This document shows positions 48,201-61,471 of a stretch of DNA of 64,000 nt, in pieces. The DNA comes from Prorocentrum cordatum. Lineage: Eukaryota. Below the pieces are notes generated by a model that ran no database searches, had not been told where the DNA came from, and saw only the letters and a program-made list of their open reading frames with translations. The stretch spans positions 496,001-560,000 of the forward strand of contig CAUYUJ010000103.1 of assembly GCA_963575745.1 (NCBI GenBank), given 5' to 3'. The position numbers and the translations under genes were made by a program. Position 1 is the stretch's first letter. Each line of letters opens with the position of its first letter.

Positions 48201-48240
48201 ATTTCTATATTCCTTTCCGGGTTCGTGGGTCGATCATGTT
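45202..48240 (+). mobile_element. HINE-like element copy 3, carrying about 3.7 units of the 420-bp satellite plus an insert at about 45300-46050
   Basis: Same ends (45208; 48211); unit marker CACAGCACAG...GTACATCAAG at about 46868, 47300, 47721 and 48143. Confidence 0.65.
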
Positions 48241-49344
48241 TCTTGGGCCTTCTGGAGGCTTCGCCTCGCCACTGCCGGATCCGTGTCGAAGAGCGGACGA
48301 GGGCGGATCCCCATAAAACGACGCGAAGATCGGGACAAAATCGGATCGGGATAACTCGAAATCTCTGAGAATCGGCGGGTTTGGAGGATGTCGCTCCGGA
48401 ACGCTCTGGAGCGATTTATCCCGATCCTAGCCCTGTTTTACCCCAGGAGGCGTCCAGAGACCGACCCTGAGGTGGTTCTAAGCGCAACGCGTGGCCCCAC
48501 CGGCCCATCCAGAAACGATGTCCATGGGAGCTGCCCGAACGAGGGGCGTGGAGGAGTACTCAGTGGAAGCGAGGGCTGGGGAAGCCGTTATGCTCCAAGA
48601 GGGGGAAGGATGAAGGAGGGATCGGAGGAGGAGGGGGAGGAGGAGGAGGAGGAGGAGGAGGAGGAGGAGGAGGAGGAGGAGGAGGAGGAGGAGGAGGAGG
48701 AGGAGGGGGGAGGAGGGGGAGGAGGAGGAGGAGGAGGAGGAGGAGGGGGAGGAGGAGGAGGGCGAGCAGAAAGGCCAGATGCCTCTTGGATGCCTCCCGG
48801 AGTCTCTTCGGATCGGCCTGGCGGGAGGCTCGACGTCTGGGAGAGGTGGCCGTGGTGCGCGCGGTGCAGCGCGCCTGCGCGAGCGACCTCGCGCCCCTCC
48901 CCGCCGCCACGCCCGCGACGACGGCAAGTTTTTGGCGCCGAGGGGCGCCATGGACCCGCCCGCGCCACCAACCTCCCCCTCCTCGGAGGGCCTCTCTGGT
49001 TAGCGCTTCAGACCCTGCGACGTCGTCGCTCAGCGTTCCACCTCCTCCCTCCCTCATCCCTCCTCCTCGCTCCTGCTCCTCCTCCCTCCTGCTCCTCCTC
49101 CTGCTCCTCCTCCTCCTGCTCCTCCTCCTACCTTCTGCTCCTCCTCCTCCTCCTGTTCCTCCTCCTCCTGCTTCTCCTCCTCCTGCTCCTCCCCCTCCTG
49201 CTCCTCCGCCTCTTCCCCCATTCCTTTCCCTTATGAGTAATTTCTCCCTGTCGCACCCCGAGGCCAGTTTTTTAGGGATGGCCAGGCGTTTCGCCTGAGA
49301 CTTCCTCACCAGTTCTGACCCTGAAGCTCAGACATTGGCAAAAG

Positions 49345-49765
49345 CTTCACAGATGGAGGGCGGGTGATTTTCAACAAGTGACTCTCGCATTAGCGCCCCG
49401 CACATTCGTTTTAAACATTTGCAAGAGTTTCACGGATTGAGGGCGGGTGGTTTTCAAAATGTGGTTCTCGCTGTAGCGCCGCGCACATTCAACATTCGGA
49501 AGAGCTTCACAGATTGAGGGCGGGTGGTTTTCAACATGTGGCTCTCACTTTAGCGCCGCCCGTATTCATTCTAAACATTTGCAAGAGTTTCGCGGGTTCA
49601 GGGCGGGTGGTTTTCAACATGTGGCTCCCGCCTTAGAGCCGCGCACATTCGTTTTAAACATTTGCAAGAGTTTCACGGATTCAGAGCGGGTGGTTTTCAA
49701 CATGTGGCTCCCGCCTTAGCGCCGCGCGCTTTCGTACATTACATCAGCAAGAGTTTCACGGATTC
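49345..49765. repeat. Tandem repeat, about 80 bp, 5 units
   Basis: GAGGGCGGGTGGTTTTCAACATGTGGCTC...GCAAGAGTTTCACGGATT recurring. Confidence 0.85.
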
Positions 49766-50939
49766 CCATGATCAAACTACCAGAACATGCGTTTTGGAAG
49801 GATTCCGGATTTTGAGGGTGTAACAGTTACGTTCATTCGCGGTGCTGAAGTCGCAAGAGTGGCGTTCTGGCACATTCAGGATCGTCAACATTCAACAGTC
49901 AGGTTGATCCTTAGCGTTGGAATCCCGAGAACCATGTTTTGGCATGTTTCAGGGTCTTCAAACGGTTGTCTTCCAACGAGGCAGTTCCCCCAATGGAAAT
50001 GAACCCTTGTAGGGTCCTATGAAGAGGGAGCTTGGAGGGAGGGTTTATTCCAACATCGTTGATGATTCTTGGGTTCACACTAGTCCTCCTCCTCCTACTG
50101 CGTCGCCTTCCCCGCCGCAGGCACTGAGGCGCGGCACCTCGTAGCCTGGACCGCCGCGGCCGAGCAGCTGGTACGGAAGGCGTGATGAGGAGGGGGAGAG
50201 GCGCTAACGGCCAGGGGGAGGGATTCAGGGGCAAGGTTAGAGGGGGTGGTGGGCTCAGGGGGGGATGCGTCGACCCCCAATCGCCCACACATCGCCGATA
50301 GGGGCCCGATAGCCCACCCCGCCCAGGAAGGTGCGGATTCGCTGTCGGGGGCCTACCGCTAATCTATCGGCGATGTATCGCTGCTTCCAGCTCGATGTTT
50401 CCCCCCTGAGCCGGTCCCCTCCTAACGTTGTCCTTTGTAATGCGACGGGAGAAGGGGAGAGATGCAGTTTCACGAGCGGGGGCAGGACAGTAGGTGGGTC
50501 GGCGGCGGCGGAGTGGGGAGGGGGGGGGACGGGGAGGTTGAGGAGATGGATTGGGAGGAGGAGCGCGCGAAGGAAATCAGGGGTGGGACGAGGGAGGAGG
50601 ATAATGCCACGGATGGTGTTGTGGAGGATGAGGAGATTGATATGGCGAAATTTGTGATGGAGAGGGAGGAGCAGGAGGAGGAGGAGGAGAAGGAGGAGGG
50701 GACCAGGAGGAGGAGGAGGAGGGAAGATGTAGAGGGATAGATGAATGAGGATGGGGAAGATATGGATGGGGAGCGGAGGAGATGGGAGAGACGGAACGTG
50801 GGGATGAGAGCGAATGGGAGATGGAGGGCGACGAGCAGGACGAGGAGGAGAAGGAAGAGGATAAGAGCAGACCCAAGAAGCATCAGCGATGTTGCAGCAC
50901 GCCCTCCCGCCCGAAGTCACCGTGCCCATCCCCCTCCTT

Positions 50940-51605
50940 CCGCTCCTCCTGCACCTCCTCCTCCTCCTCCTCCTCCTCCTCCTCCTCCTCCTCCTGCTCT
51001 GCCTCCTGCTCATGCTCCTCCTCCTCCTCCTCCCCCTCCCCCTCCTCCTCCTCCTCCTCCTCCTCCTCCTCCTCCTCCTCCTCCTCCTCCTCCTCCTCCT
51101 GTTAGTTTCTGCAGTCGCTTTGCGCACCGCGGTAAAAAGAAAAGGCCCCCTGTGGAAGGCGAGGCGCCCCGCGGCCCCCCGCGGCGCGGGCGGGAGCTCC
51201 GCTTTTGGAAGGGCGCTTGCCCTCCTCCCGTCGAGCTGCAGGGGCTGCGACGGGGTTGGCTGTATACGCGACCACGAAACGCATGACACCTCCTCCTCCT
51301 CCTCCTCCTCCCTCCTCCTCCTCCCTCCTCCCCCCTCCTCCTCCTCCTCCTCCTCCTCCTCTCCTCCTCCTCCTCCTCCTCCTCCTCCTCCTCCTCCTCC
51401 TCTCCCTCCTCCTCCTCCTCCTCCTCCTCCTGCCCTCCTCCTCCTCCTCCTCCTCCTCCTCCTCCTCCTCCTCCTCCTCCTCCTACTCCTACTCCCTACT
51501 CCTCCCTCCTCCCTCCTCCCTCCTCCCTCCTCCCTCCTCCTCCTCCTCCTCCTCCTCCTCCTCCTCCTCCTCCTCCTCCTCCTCCTCCTCCTCCTCCTCC
51601 TCCAC
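50940..51605 (+). repeat. (CCT)n tracts (representative; similar CCT/GGA tracts near 2860, 8500, 16340, 18330, 20040, 23455, 24545, 27600, 48625)
   Basis: Direct reading. Confidence 0.95.
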
Positions 51606-51734
51606 CCCACCTGCGGCGCGCCGTGCTGGATGTTTGCGACCCTGCCTCGCTGTCCTTCGCGTGGTGCTTCTTGGCCGACGACGGCGTGATGGCGACGTGC
51701 TGAGCACACGGCAAGGGGGCCGTCCTGCCGTGTG

Positions 51735-51765
<31 letters not shown>

Positions 51766-51790
51766 GTATATATATATATACAGATACATC

Positions 51791-52473
51791 TTCCTTCTAC
51801 CTATCAAATTACAAGGAAAAACCCGGCATGTCACCGACCCCCCCCCCACATGGACCCCACATGAACCTCCCAGGCCCCCAAGAGAGCCCCACAATGCTTC
51901 GAGGCGGCCCAAAATACCCCGAAGAGAGCGACACGAGGCCTACATCGGGAGCCCAAGACAGCAGAAGACACTTCCGAGACGTCCTCTGCAAGGCCCAAGA
52001 GGCCCCAAGACGGCCCCAGAGTGCTCCAACAGGACCAAACATGGGCTCAAGACGGCTCAGGATGCCCCCGCAAAGACTTCCAATACGGCCTCAGCAGGCC
52101 AAAAACCTTAATTTTCCATTGGTTTTTGAACGACTCTGTGCTTCTCCCGTTTTTCTGGCTACGAACGGCCCAAGAATGGTCTGCGAGCTTCCGAGGTCGC
52201 CCCGAGATGGCCTCCAGGCGGCCCAATGGGGCCCCAAGATGGGCCAATAAAGCGCCAAGAAAGCCAGGGAGTGCCCAAAAGACCCTTAAAAGACCTCCAA
52301 GAGGGCCCCAACAGAGCCACGGGATGTTTCAGAGAGGGCCCGAGAGAGCCCCAACACGGCCCCAGGACGGCCCAAGCCCCCCCAGACAGCCCACAAGGGC
52401 CCCAGGACAGCCCAAGAAGGCCCTCCGATGGTATACAAAAGCACCAACAGGAGCTCCACTCAGTCTTAGGGCC
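51791..52473 (+). repeat. Dispersed repeat of about 680 bp, copy 2, preceded by (TA)n
   Basis: See 31293-31975. Confidence 0.9.
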
Positions 52474-54257
52474 GTCAAATTCATTACACTCTGATTGACC
52501 TGAACCGTCGTCCTTGGCTCGGCTGGCCCGCGCGCCGAATGGGCCCGCGTGGCAGAGAAAGAAAAGGAGCAGGAGGCGGGACGGAGGAGAAACAGGAGGA
52601 AGAGGAAGGAACGGTGAGGATTGCGAGAAACAGGAGGGGCCCCAGGAAGACGGAAGGAGGGCACGGAGGAGCAGGAGGAGGGGAAGGCAAACGGCGGAAA
52701 CAGAAGACAGCTTTCACTGGGCCCCGTGCTCTCGCCGAGGCGCCGGCCACATCTCTCATTCAATATCGTGTTTCCGCTTCTCTCGCGGGACTCCCAGCCT
52801 CTACCAGGTCAGCATCCCGTCCTCCAGCATGCGGCCGCCGACTTTCCTTTCAATTCTTGACGCTTCGCGTATTCCCACCAGTCTCAGCCGACCCCGCGTA
52901 CGGCGGTGGTACCTCATGCTGAGTGGTTCAGCCTTCAGCGTGTCGCTTCGGTGCTACCTGTCTGATCGGCTAGGTTGGCTGCGCGGACTGGCGCCGACAG
53001 GGCGACTCTTCCGCTGCGTAGCACTGCGGCTGCTTCACCTCGGTGTGGCTGGCGCCTAGGTGCGTTCGCCTTAATGTGGTGCACTTTGCTTAATGCATGT
53101 GCACACCTCGCTTTCTTTGCGAATTATTACTGCAGATGCGTTGCCGGCTGTTGCTAATTAGCCTCGCCTGCTGGCCCAGACGACGCCTTCCGCTCCCTGT
53201 CCGCCGCCTCGGAGCCGCCGACCAAAAAAATATCCCCACCAGCCCGTCCAGAATTGATTGCCAGCTTTCCCGAGGCCTGTTGGAGGCTATCCTGAGCCAT
53301 GCTCGGCTCGAGGCTGCCGGAAGCTATTCTGAGCTATGCTCGGCTATGTCGGGTCATATTCAGGCTGTCTTGAGGCCTCTTGGAGATCTGTCGGAGGCTA
53401 TCTTGAGCCATGCTTGGCTATCTTGGGCCATTTCGGAGGCCATCTTGGGTTATCTAGGGCTCTCTTGGAGCCATTTTGGGCCACAAAGGGCGGGGTGGAG
53501 AATCTTCAGGAGAGGCTGGGAGGCCTCTCGGGGCCGGCCCCTCTTGGGGCTCTCTTGGGCCATCTTGGGGCCATCTTCATGCCTCAGGGGCCCATCGGAA
53601 GCGAAAAGACGAGAATGCCAAACACATGGACTTTCCTTCGGCTTTTGAAGCATTTTGGCTTCTTGGAGGGCGCCGTGGAGGGCTCGAAGGGCACTTGGAT
53701 CCGTCTTGAGGACTCTTGGAGGTGTGTCGGAGGCTATGTTGACCCATCTTGAGGTATCTTGGGCCATCTTGGAGGCCATCTTGCGACTCTGAGCGCCTCT
53801 TGGAGCCATCTTGAGCCATCTTGGACGCTCTAACGCCTCCATCCCCCCCTCCAGGTCCAGGGGAAGGTTACCCCTCCCCCGAGCAGGGGAAGGGGAAGAG
53901 AGAAGACCAAACTCGCTATACCACCGTAGCCCTAAAGGGTTGGTGGGACTTCCACCTATAAACTTCCAGCCTCCATCAGCTCAGCACTCCGACCTCTAGC
54001 GTCCGGCAACCGACTTTCCACCTTCACCTCCACTCAAGCGTCCACCAACGCTGCGCCCTGAGCCCCGCCCCGGGCGCTACCGCGCACTCGCCTCGCTTCG
54101 CCTCCGCTCGCACAATTCCCACACACCTCATTGAAAACATGTGTTCTCGCCCGCGCCCAGAAACATCGTAGGTGCAAGGATCAAGATTACAAGGCGAAGC
54201 GCAGCGAGCCATTAAATCTTGTGTGTGTGTATATATATATATTCCCTTTTCTATACT

Positions 54258-55547
54258 TTTATAATCCTGGGGGGTGGGACCCCCCCCCCCCGAAATAGGA
54301 TCCTCCCCAACCGGGACTTCCGGAAACGGGACCCCTCACGAGGATCGCAGCCTCCGAGCGCGAAAATTAGCGATCTCCGTCCAAAGAGGAAGGTGAGAGG
54401 ACACGCGAGGCTCCTTGGACCTCCCGAGAGGCTTTCTCGAGGCTCCTACGAAGGCCCAAGAGGGTCCCAAGAGCCTTCCAGAGTCCTCCGAAGAATCCCC
54501 CGAGAGATGAAAATCAGTGATTTCCTATGGTTTCTCTAAGATTGTTGCTTCTTTGCATGTTCACTGTTCCGACGTGCCAAGACGGCCGAAGACGCCCACA
54601 AGACCGATGCCAGACGGCTCAAGAGGCCTCCAAGCGAGTCCGAAACCGGCCCAAGACAGCCCCGACACGGCCCAAGGGGTGCCCAAGACGGCCCCAGAGA
54701 GCCCCAAGACGGCCTTCAGAAACGGCACCCCTCACGAGGATCGCAGCCTTCCAGCGCGAAACTGAGCGATCTTCGTCCGAAGAGGCACCTACGAGGGTAC
54801 GCGAGGGTCCTCGGGTTGCCTTAAAAGCTTCTTAAAGGTTCCCCCGACAGCTTGAGAAGGCCCCACGAACCTCGCAGAGTTCTCTGAAGAAGGCCCCACG
54901 AGATCAAAATCATTAATTTCCTATGGCTTTCCTAAGATTTTGGCTTCGTTGCATGTTCAGTGTTCCGACGTGCCAAGACGGCCGAAGACGCCCACAAGAC
55001 CAATCCCAGAGGGCCCAAGCAGCCTCCAAGCGAGTCCACAGCCGGCCCAACAGAGCCTCCAGACGGCCCAAGCCGTGCCCAAGACGGCCCCAGAGAGCCC
55101 CAAGACAAGCTTCAGAGAGAGCTTAAAAGGGAAAAAACATACAATTGCAACGCGCTCGGCTCCCACACGGCCACGCGAGGCCCCAAGCCCCTTCCAGGAG
55201 GCCACAAGAAGGGCCACAAGGCGCGCAAAAGGCTTATGATTTCAAGGACTCTGCACCCAGACGCCCACACGAAGCTCCAAGACTCCTCAACGGCTCCCCA
55301 GACGTGCCACGAGGCGCCCAAGAGCCGCCAAGAAGCATTCACGAAGTTCCCCCACGACGCCCCACAAGGCCTCTAAGAACCTCCACGAGTTCTCCGAAGA
55401 AGGCCTTTATAATCCTGGGGGGTGGGACCCCCCCCCCCCCGAAATAGGATCCTCCCCAACCGGGACTTCCGGAAACGGGACCCCTCACGAGGATCGCAGC
55501 CTCCGAGCGCGAAAATTAGCGCTCTCCGTCCAAAGAGGAAGGTGAGA
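54258..55547 (+). repeat. 1.3-kb segment bounded by near-identical 140-bp direct repeats
   Basis: 54258-54398 matches 55406-55547; the interior has two diverged subrepeats of about 400 bp and no credible ORF. Confidence 0.8.
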
Positions 55548-57649
55548 ACGAAGCCCATACATAACGTTCGTAGAGCCTGCCTGTCCCAAAGTCGCGTCAG
55601 CACGCCTCCCCGCGCCCCCCCTGCCTCATATTTTGCAGTATAAAGCTGCATTCTGGTCAGAATCCTGGGTTCGCACCCTTTTTTAGAGAAATTTGGTTGC
55701 GAACCCGGGATTCGATAAGTTTCCCTCTGAAGTCCTTTTCTTGCATTCCATTTGCCCCTTTCGTTGCTTCGAACACCAAGTTCTCCCACTCCCCCTCCGC
55801 AACCTCTGCACATTCGCAATGCGAGCCCGCAAGGACCCCTCGAAGGGACCGCAGGATACCGCGAGAAGCCAGCCGATCCAAAGCTTCAAGGAACAAGATG
55901 CATGGCGCGAAGCGCCTATGCAGCCTTGTATATATATATATATATATATATATCTATATACATATATACATATGTGCATATATGCATAGATGTACGGCAG
56001 GGCGGCCCCCTACTGACGGGGGACGGGTGAAGGCGGCACGCCCCCTCATCGATGGGGGGAACGAAGAATGACATGTAAACACAGCAACTCTGGATTTTCG
56101 GGGACTTCGCATTTCCCAGACAAGCACGAATAATACATCGATCGGAGCTCGGAGGTCCGCGCGGATTTCTCGGATCCGCGCCGGACCCCTCTGGCCGAGT
56201 GGGGTCCAGCGCCGATCTGGGAAATCCGCGCGGACCTCCGAGTTGTTATGTTTATGTCATTCTTCGTTCCCTTTACAGTGGGCGTTCGACCACAAGAAAC
56301 CTGGCACAACCCAGCTCAGAGACCCCAGGACGTCCATGGATCTGTGGTGTAAGGACGCCACGTTTTCCGTAGCAATACCGTCGAAGCCCAATAAACCCAG
56401 AGCGCCTTGGAGGCAAGCAGGGCACTTCGTGGCATGGATTTCCATTGTAACCGCTGTACACGCATCAACTTCTGGCGAACAAGTAAACGAAGTCTCATGC
56501 TAGAGCTTCCTTCTGGAAAGGAGCCACCCTCCACGCTTGCGGTTGTTGCACATTGCTTCGCTCGTGGTCTTATATGTTTCGAGGGCGGCTCAGGCGAGAG
56601 CCCTTTTTCCCAAAAACATGCCGGCAAAACGTGCCGGCGTCCATCCAAGCAGCGGTTGCACAGTTGTGCCCTTGTGGTGCTACTGGTTTGATAATTTTCA
56701 GGCGAGAGAGACATGTTGAAAACGACTTGCCGTCTCTACGTACAAGTGTTCAGAGTAAGACGAATGCTCATGGCATTACTTCGAAAGCCACCTCTGGAAC
56801 AAAATCGGCCCTCCATCCGTGTAATCCAGGCCTCGGAAAAAATTAGCGAACACTCATGCCACATTCATCTGTGAACGCCTCCCCCTTCCCCCAATGTTCA
56901 AAGTTGGCGGTGGGTCTGATGAGTTGCACCTCGACCGCAGTCTCCCCCCCGCGTGCCAACTTTGAGTTTTGGGGGCAGGGGGGGTGTCCACTAATTGTTT
57001 CCCTCAACCGTCGTTGGAATGTGTAGGCTTTGGGACAACATGCTGTAGCGGAGCATCAGGCGAAACGCCCAGTCTGACCTACGGACACGTCTTGTGGTAT
57101 TATTGTTTCGAGACAGCCCCAGGCGAGGTTCACGTTTTGAAAACGACTGGCCGTTTCTCCGTGGAACTTCTCGAATCAAGGCGACTGTGCGTGGCGCTAA
57201 GTCGAGAGCCACATTTCGAAAATGACTGGTACCCCCCTTTTGCAATCGTTGAAACATGAAACCGCTGTAGCGATGTATCAAGCGAAACGCCTGGCCTGGC
57301 CAACGGAAACTTCTTGTGGTGTTTTCGTTTTGGGGAATTCTCAGGCAAAGCTCGCCACTGGGAGCCCCCGTACTACTTGTAAAGGGGTCGTGTGTTAACG
57401 GGGCCCCCCCCCCATCCCCCAATTCAAGGGAGGGGGGTCGAACCCCCCTTCCCGCTCCCCCTTTAAATGGAGCGAGGGGGTGTTCGGACCCCCCCCCCTC
57501 CCCCTTTGCGCCGGAGGTGGGGGGGGGGAGCATTTCAGACCCCCCCGCCCCTTTCAAAATAATTGGGTCGGACCCCCCCGCCTGCGCTGGACAGGGGGGG
57601 TGGGGGGAGTGCCTCCCGCTTCCCTGTGCTGCGTTAGAGGTCGTAGGGG

Positions 57650-59020
57650 GTCAAGGTTAGGGTAGTTGGGTTGGGGTGAAAGTGTTGGAGTTAGGGTGAT
57701 AGGTTTCGGGCGTTAAGGTTAGCGTGTTAGGGTCAGGGTTTGGGTTAGGGGGAGAGGGTTAGGGTTAGGATTAGGGTTAGGGGGCCGGATTAAGGTGTTC
57801 GGATCAGGGTTCGGGTTAGGGGATTACTGTTTGAGTGGTGGGGTAGGGTGGTAGGGATAGTGTCAGGGGGTCAGGGTAAGGATGGTAGGGTTAGGGTTAG
57901 GGTGCTAGGGTTAGGGTTAGGGGATGAGGGGGTTTGGATTTGGGTGGTAGGTTTGGGGGTGGTAAGGTTAGGGTTAGGGGGTTAGGGTTAGAGAGGGTTA
58001 GGGTTCGGAGTTCAGGATTAGGGTGATAGGATTCGGGTTCGGGTTAGGGGATTCGGGTGAAGCTGGGAGGGTTAGGCATAGGGTGTTAGGGCTAGCTCGG
58101 GTTAGGGTTAGGGTGTTCGGGTAGGGTTTAGGGGTAGTGGATCAGGGTTGAAGGGGTCGGGTTAGGGTTAGGGTTAGGGTTAGGCGATTCGGGTTCGAGT
58201 TCGGGGGCTCGGGGGCCATATGGGGTTAGGGTTGGGATGATAGGATTAGCGCTCCTGTTGTGTCTAAGGTTCGGGTTCGGAGGTTTGGGTTATGGTATTA
58301 GGGCCAGGGTTTGTGAGTTAGGGGGTTCGGGATAGGGTAGTAAGAGTAGGTTTAGGGTTAGGGTGAGTGTTATTGGGGGGGTTAGGGGGTAGGGGTCAGA
58401 GATTAAGGGTTTGAGCTCAATATTAGGGGTAGGGTTCGGGCTAGGGTTTAGGTGTACGGTTAAGGTTAGGGTTAGGGTCAGGGTGAGGGTGCGGAATATG
58501 GTTAGGATTAGGGGTTTGGGGTTAGGGGATACATAAGCTGAGGGTCAGGGGGTTAGGGTCAGGGTTCGAGTGGTTGGCTTGTGGTGGCAGTGTTAGTGTC
58601 AGGGTAATCGGGTTCGGGCGTTAAGGGTAGGGTGTTAGGGTTAGGGTTCGCGGGTTAGGGTTAGGGTTGTAGGGTTAGGGCTAGGGTGCTCAGGTTAGGT
58701 CAGGGTTAGTGGATTCGGGCTCGGCTGGTAGGGGGTTAGGGATAGGGTGATAGGGTTATGGGATTATGTTTAGGGTTCGGATTAGGGTCAGGGGGTTATG
58801 GTTAGGGTTAGGGTTAGGGTTGGGTGGGTAGGGTGAGGGTTAGGGTTTGGTGGTTCGAATTTGACTGTTCGGAATAGGGTTTGGGTTTGGGGTTTTGGGT
58901 TTGGGTGGTGGGGTCCAGGTCAGGGTGATAGGGATAGCGTCACGGAGTTAGGATTAGGATGGTCAGGTTCGAGTTAGAGTGTTAGGGTTAGGGGTTTAGA
59001 GGATTAGAGGTCAAGGTTCG
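57650..59020 (+). repeat. Degenerate interstitial telomere-like (TTAGGG/TTCGGG)n tract
   Basis: Dense AGGGTT hexamers with many variants; strongly G/T-skewed strand. Confidence 0.85.
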
Positions 59021-59029
59021 GTTGGTAGT

Positions 59030-61470
59030 TTGTCCCTGCTATATTGTAGTGTTGGGTCCTCGTTTTGAAGAGAAAGCGCCCTGCGTCCCTCCACTCCTCC
59101 TCTCCTCTCCTCTCCTCTCCTCTCTTCCTTCCTCCCCCCTCCTCCGCAGTTCGCATGCGGTTCCCTCACCCAGTACACAGCTTCGTGGCCCTATGCGGGG
59201 CTCCACCGAAGGTCCCAGTGGCGCAGCCCGCATGCTTCTCCTACACCCAGTACAGCGCTCCGTGGTCCCATAGGGAGCTCCACCTTAGGTCCCAGTGAAG
59301 CACCCTGCAGGCGTCCCCACACCATGTACGGCGCATCGTGGCCCCATCGGGAGCTCCACCTACGGCCACAGTGGCGCAGCGCAGCCCGCATGCGTCTCCC
59401 ACGCCCAGTTCAACGCTCCGTAGCCCCATAAGGGGGCCCCACCTAAGGTCCCAGTGGCGCCGCCCGCCTGCGTCTCCCACACCCAGTTCAACGTTCCGTG
59501 GTCCCATGGGGAGCTCCACCGAAGGCCCCAGTGGCGCAGCCCACATGCGTCCCCCACACCAAGTACAGCGTTTCGTGGCCTCATAGGGGGCTCCACCTAA
59601 GGTCCCAATTACGCAGCCCGCATGCGCCCCCCACACCCAGTACAGCGTTGCGTGGCCCCATAAGGGGCTCCACCTAAGGTCCCAGTGGCACAGCGTCCCC
59701 CCACCCAGTACAGCGCTTCATGGCCCCAAGGGAGCCCCACCGAGGGTCCCAATGAAGCAGCCCGCGTGCGTCCCCCCCGCCCAGTAGAGCGCACCGTGGC
59801 CCCATAGGGAACTCCACCTTCAGTCCCAGTGAGGCAGCCCGCATGCGTCCCCCACACCGAGTACAGCGCTTCGTGGCCCCATCGGGGGTTCCATCGAAGG
59901 TTCCAGTGGCGCAGCCCGCATGAGTCTCCCACACCCAGTACAGCGTGCCGTGGCCCCATAGGGGACCCCACCGAAATTCCCAATGGCGCAGCCCGCATGC
60001 GTCCCCTCACACCCGGTACGGCGCATCGTGGCCACATAGGGGGCTCCACCTGAGGTCCCAGTGACGCAGCCCGCCTGCGTCTCCCACACCCAGCTCAACG
60101 CTCCGTGGCCACATCGGGAGCTTCACAGAAGGTCCCAGTGGCGCAGCCCGCATGCGTCTCCTACACCAAGTACAGCGCCTCGTGGACTCATAGGGAGCTC
60201 CATATACGGCCCCAGTTAGGCAGCCCGCACGCGTCCCCCACACCAAGTACAGTGCTTCGTGCCCCATAGGGAGCTCCACCGAAGGTTCCAGTGGCGCAGC
60301 CCGCATGCGTCTCCCACGCCCAGCACAGCGTTTCGTGGCCCCACAGGGGGCTTCACCGGAGGCACCAGTGAATCAGCCCGAATGCGTCCCCCAGACCGTG
60401 CAGCGCTTCGGGGCATAGGGAGCTCCACCGACTGCCCCAGGGGCGCAGCCCGCACGCGCCTCCCACACCAAGTACAGCGTTTCGTGGCCCATGGGGGGCT
60501 CCATCTAAGGTCCCAGTGGCGCAGCCCGCATGCGTCTCCCACACACAATTGAACGCTCCGTGGCCCTACAAGGGGGCTCCACCGAAGGTCCCAGCGGCGC
60601 AGTCCGCATGCGTCCCCCCTCCCAGTACAACGCTTCGTGGCCACATTGGGAGTTCCACCGGAAGTCCTAATTGCGCAGCCCGCATGCGTCCCCTCAGCCA
60701 GTACGGCGTATCGCGGCCCCATGGGGAGCCCCACCTAAGGTCCCAGTGGCGTAACCCGCATGCGTCCCCCTCACTCAGTACAGCGGTCCGTGGCCCTACA
60801 AGGGGGGCTCCACCGAAGGTCCCAGTGGCGCAGCCCACATGTACAACGTTTCGCGGCCTTATAGGGAACTCCACCGAAGGTCCCAGTGGCGCAGCTCGCA
60901 TGCGTCTCCCACACGAAGTACAGCGTTTCGCGGCCCCGGGGGGGGGGCACCCGTTGTCCCAGTGTTGCAGCCCGCATGCGTCCCCACATCCACTACAGCC
61001 TTCATGGCCACATGGGGAGCTCCACCGAAGGCCCCAATGAAGCAGCCCGCATGCGTGTCCCCAGAGGGAGCTCCACCTGAGCCCCCAATGAAGCAGCCCG
61101 CATGCGTCTCCCAAACCCAGGTGAACGCTCCGTGTGGCCCTACAAGGGAGCTCCACCGACTGTCCCAGGGGCGCAGCCCGCATGCTTCTGCCACACCAAG
61201 TTCAGTGCTTCGTGGCCCATAGGGAGCTCCAGATGAGGTCCCAGTGGCGCAGCCCGCATGCGTTTCCCCCACCCGATAGCACGTTGCGTGGCCCTACAAG
61301 GGGGCTCCACCGACGGTCCCAGTGGCGCAGTCCGCATGCGTCTCCTCCACCCAGCACAGCGTCTCGTGGCCCTACAAATGGGGCTCTACCGAAGACGGGA
61401 CCTACACTTGCGGCATTCACAACTGCATACGGTTAGGTCCTTCGCCAGGCTAATTTTTTCAAGGGGGGGA
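59030..61470 (-). repeat. Approximately 80-bp satellite array (59140-61400) related to the 90-bp satellite, opposite strand
   Basis: Shared core TTCGTGGCCCCATAGGGAGCTCCACCGAAGG and shared end sequences. Confidence 0.88.
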
Positions 61471-61471
61471 T

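Noticed and set aside
53400..53825. SL-like matches (GCCATTTTGG, CTTGAGCCA)
   Set aside because: Part of a GGCCATCTTGG low-complexity repeat; matches are short.
57395..57610. Structured ncRNA from alternating G-run and C-run hairpins
   Set aside because: Pairing arises from homopolymer runs; no recognisable RNA family motif.
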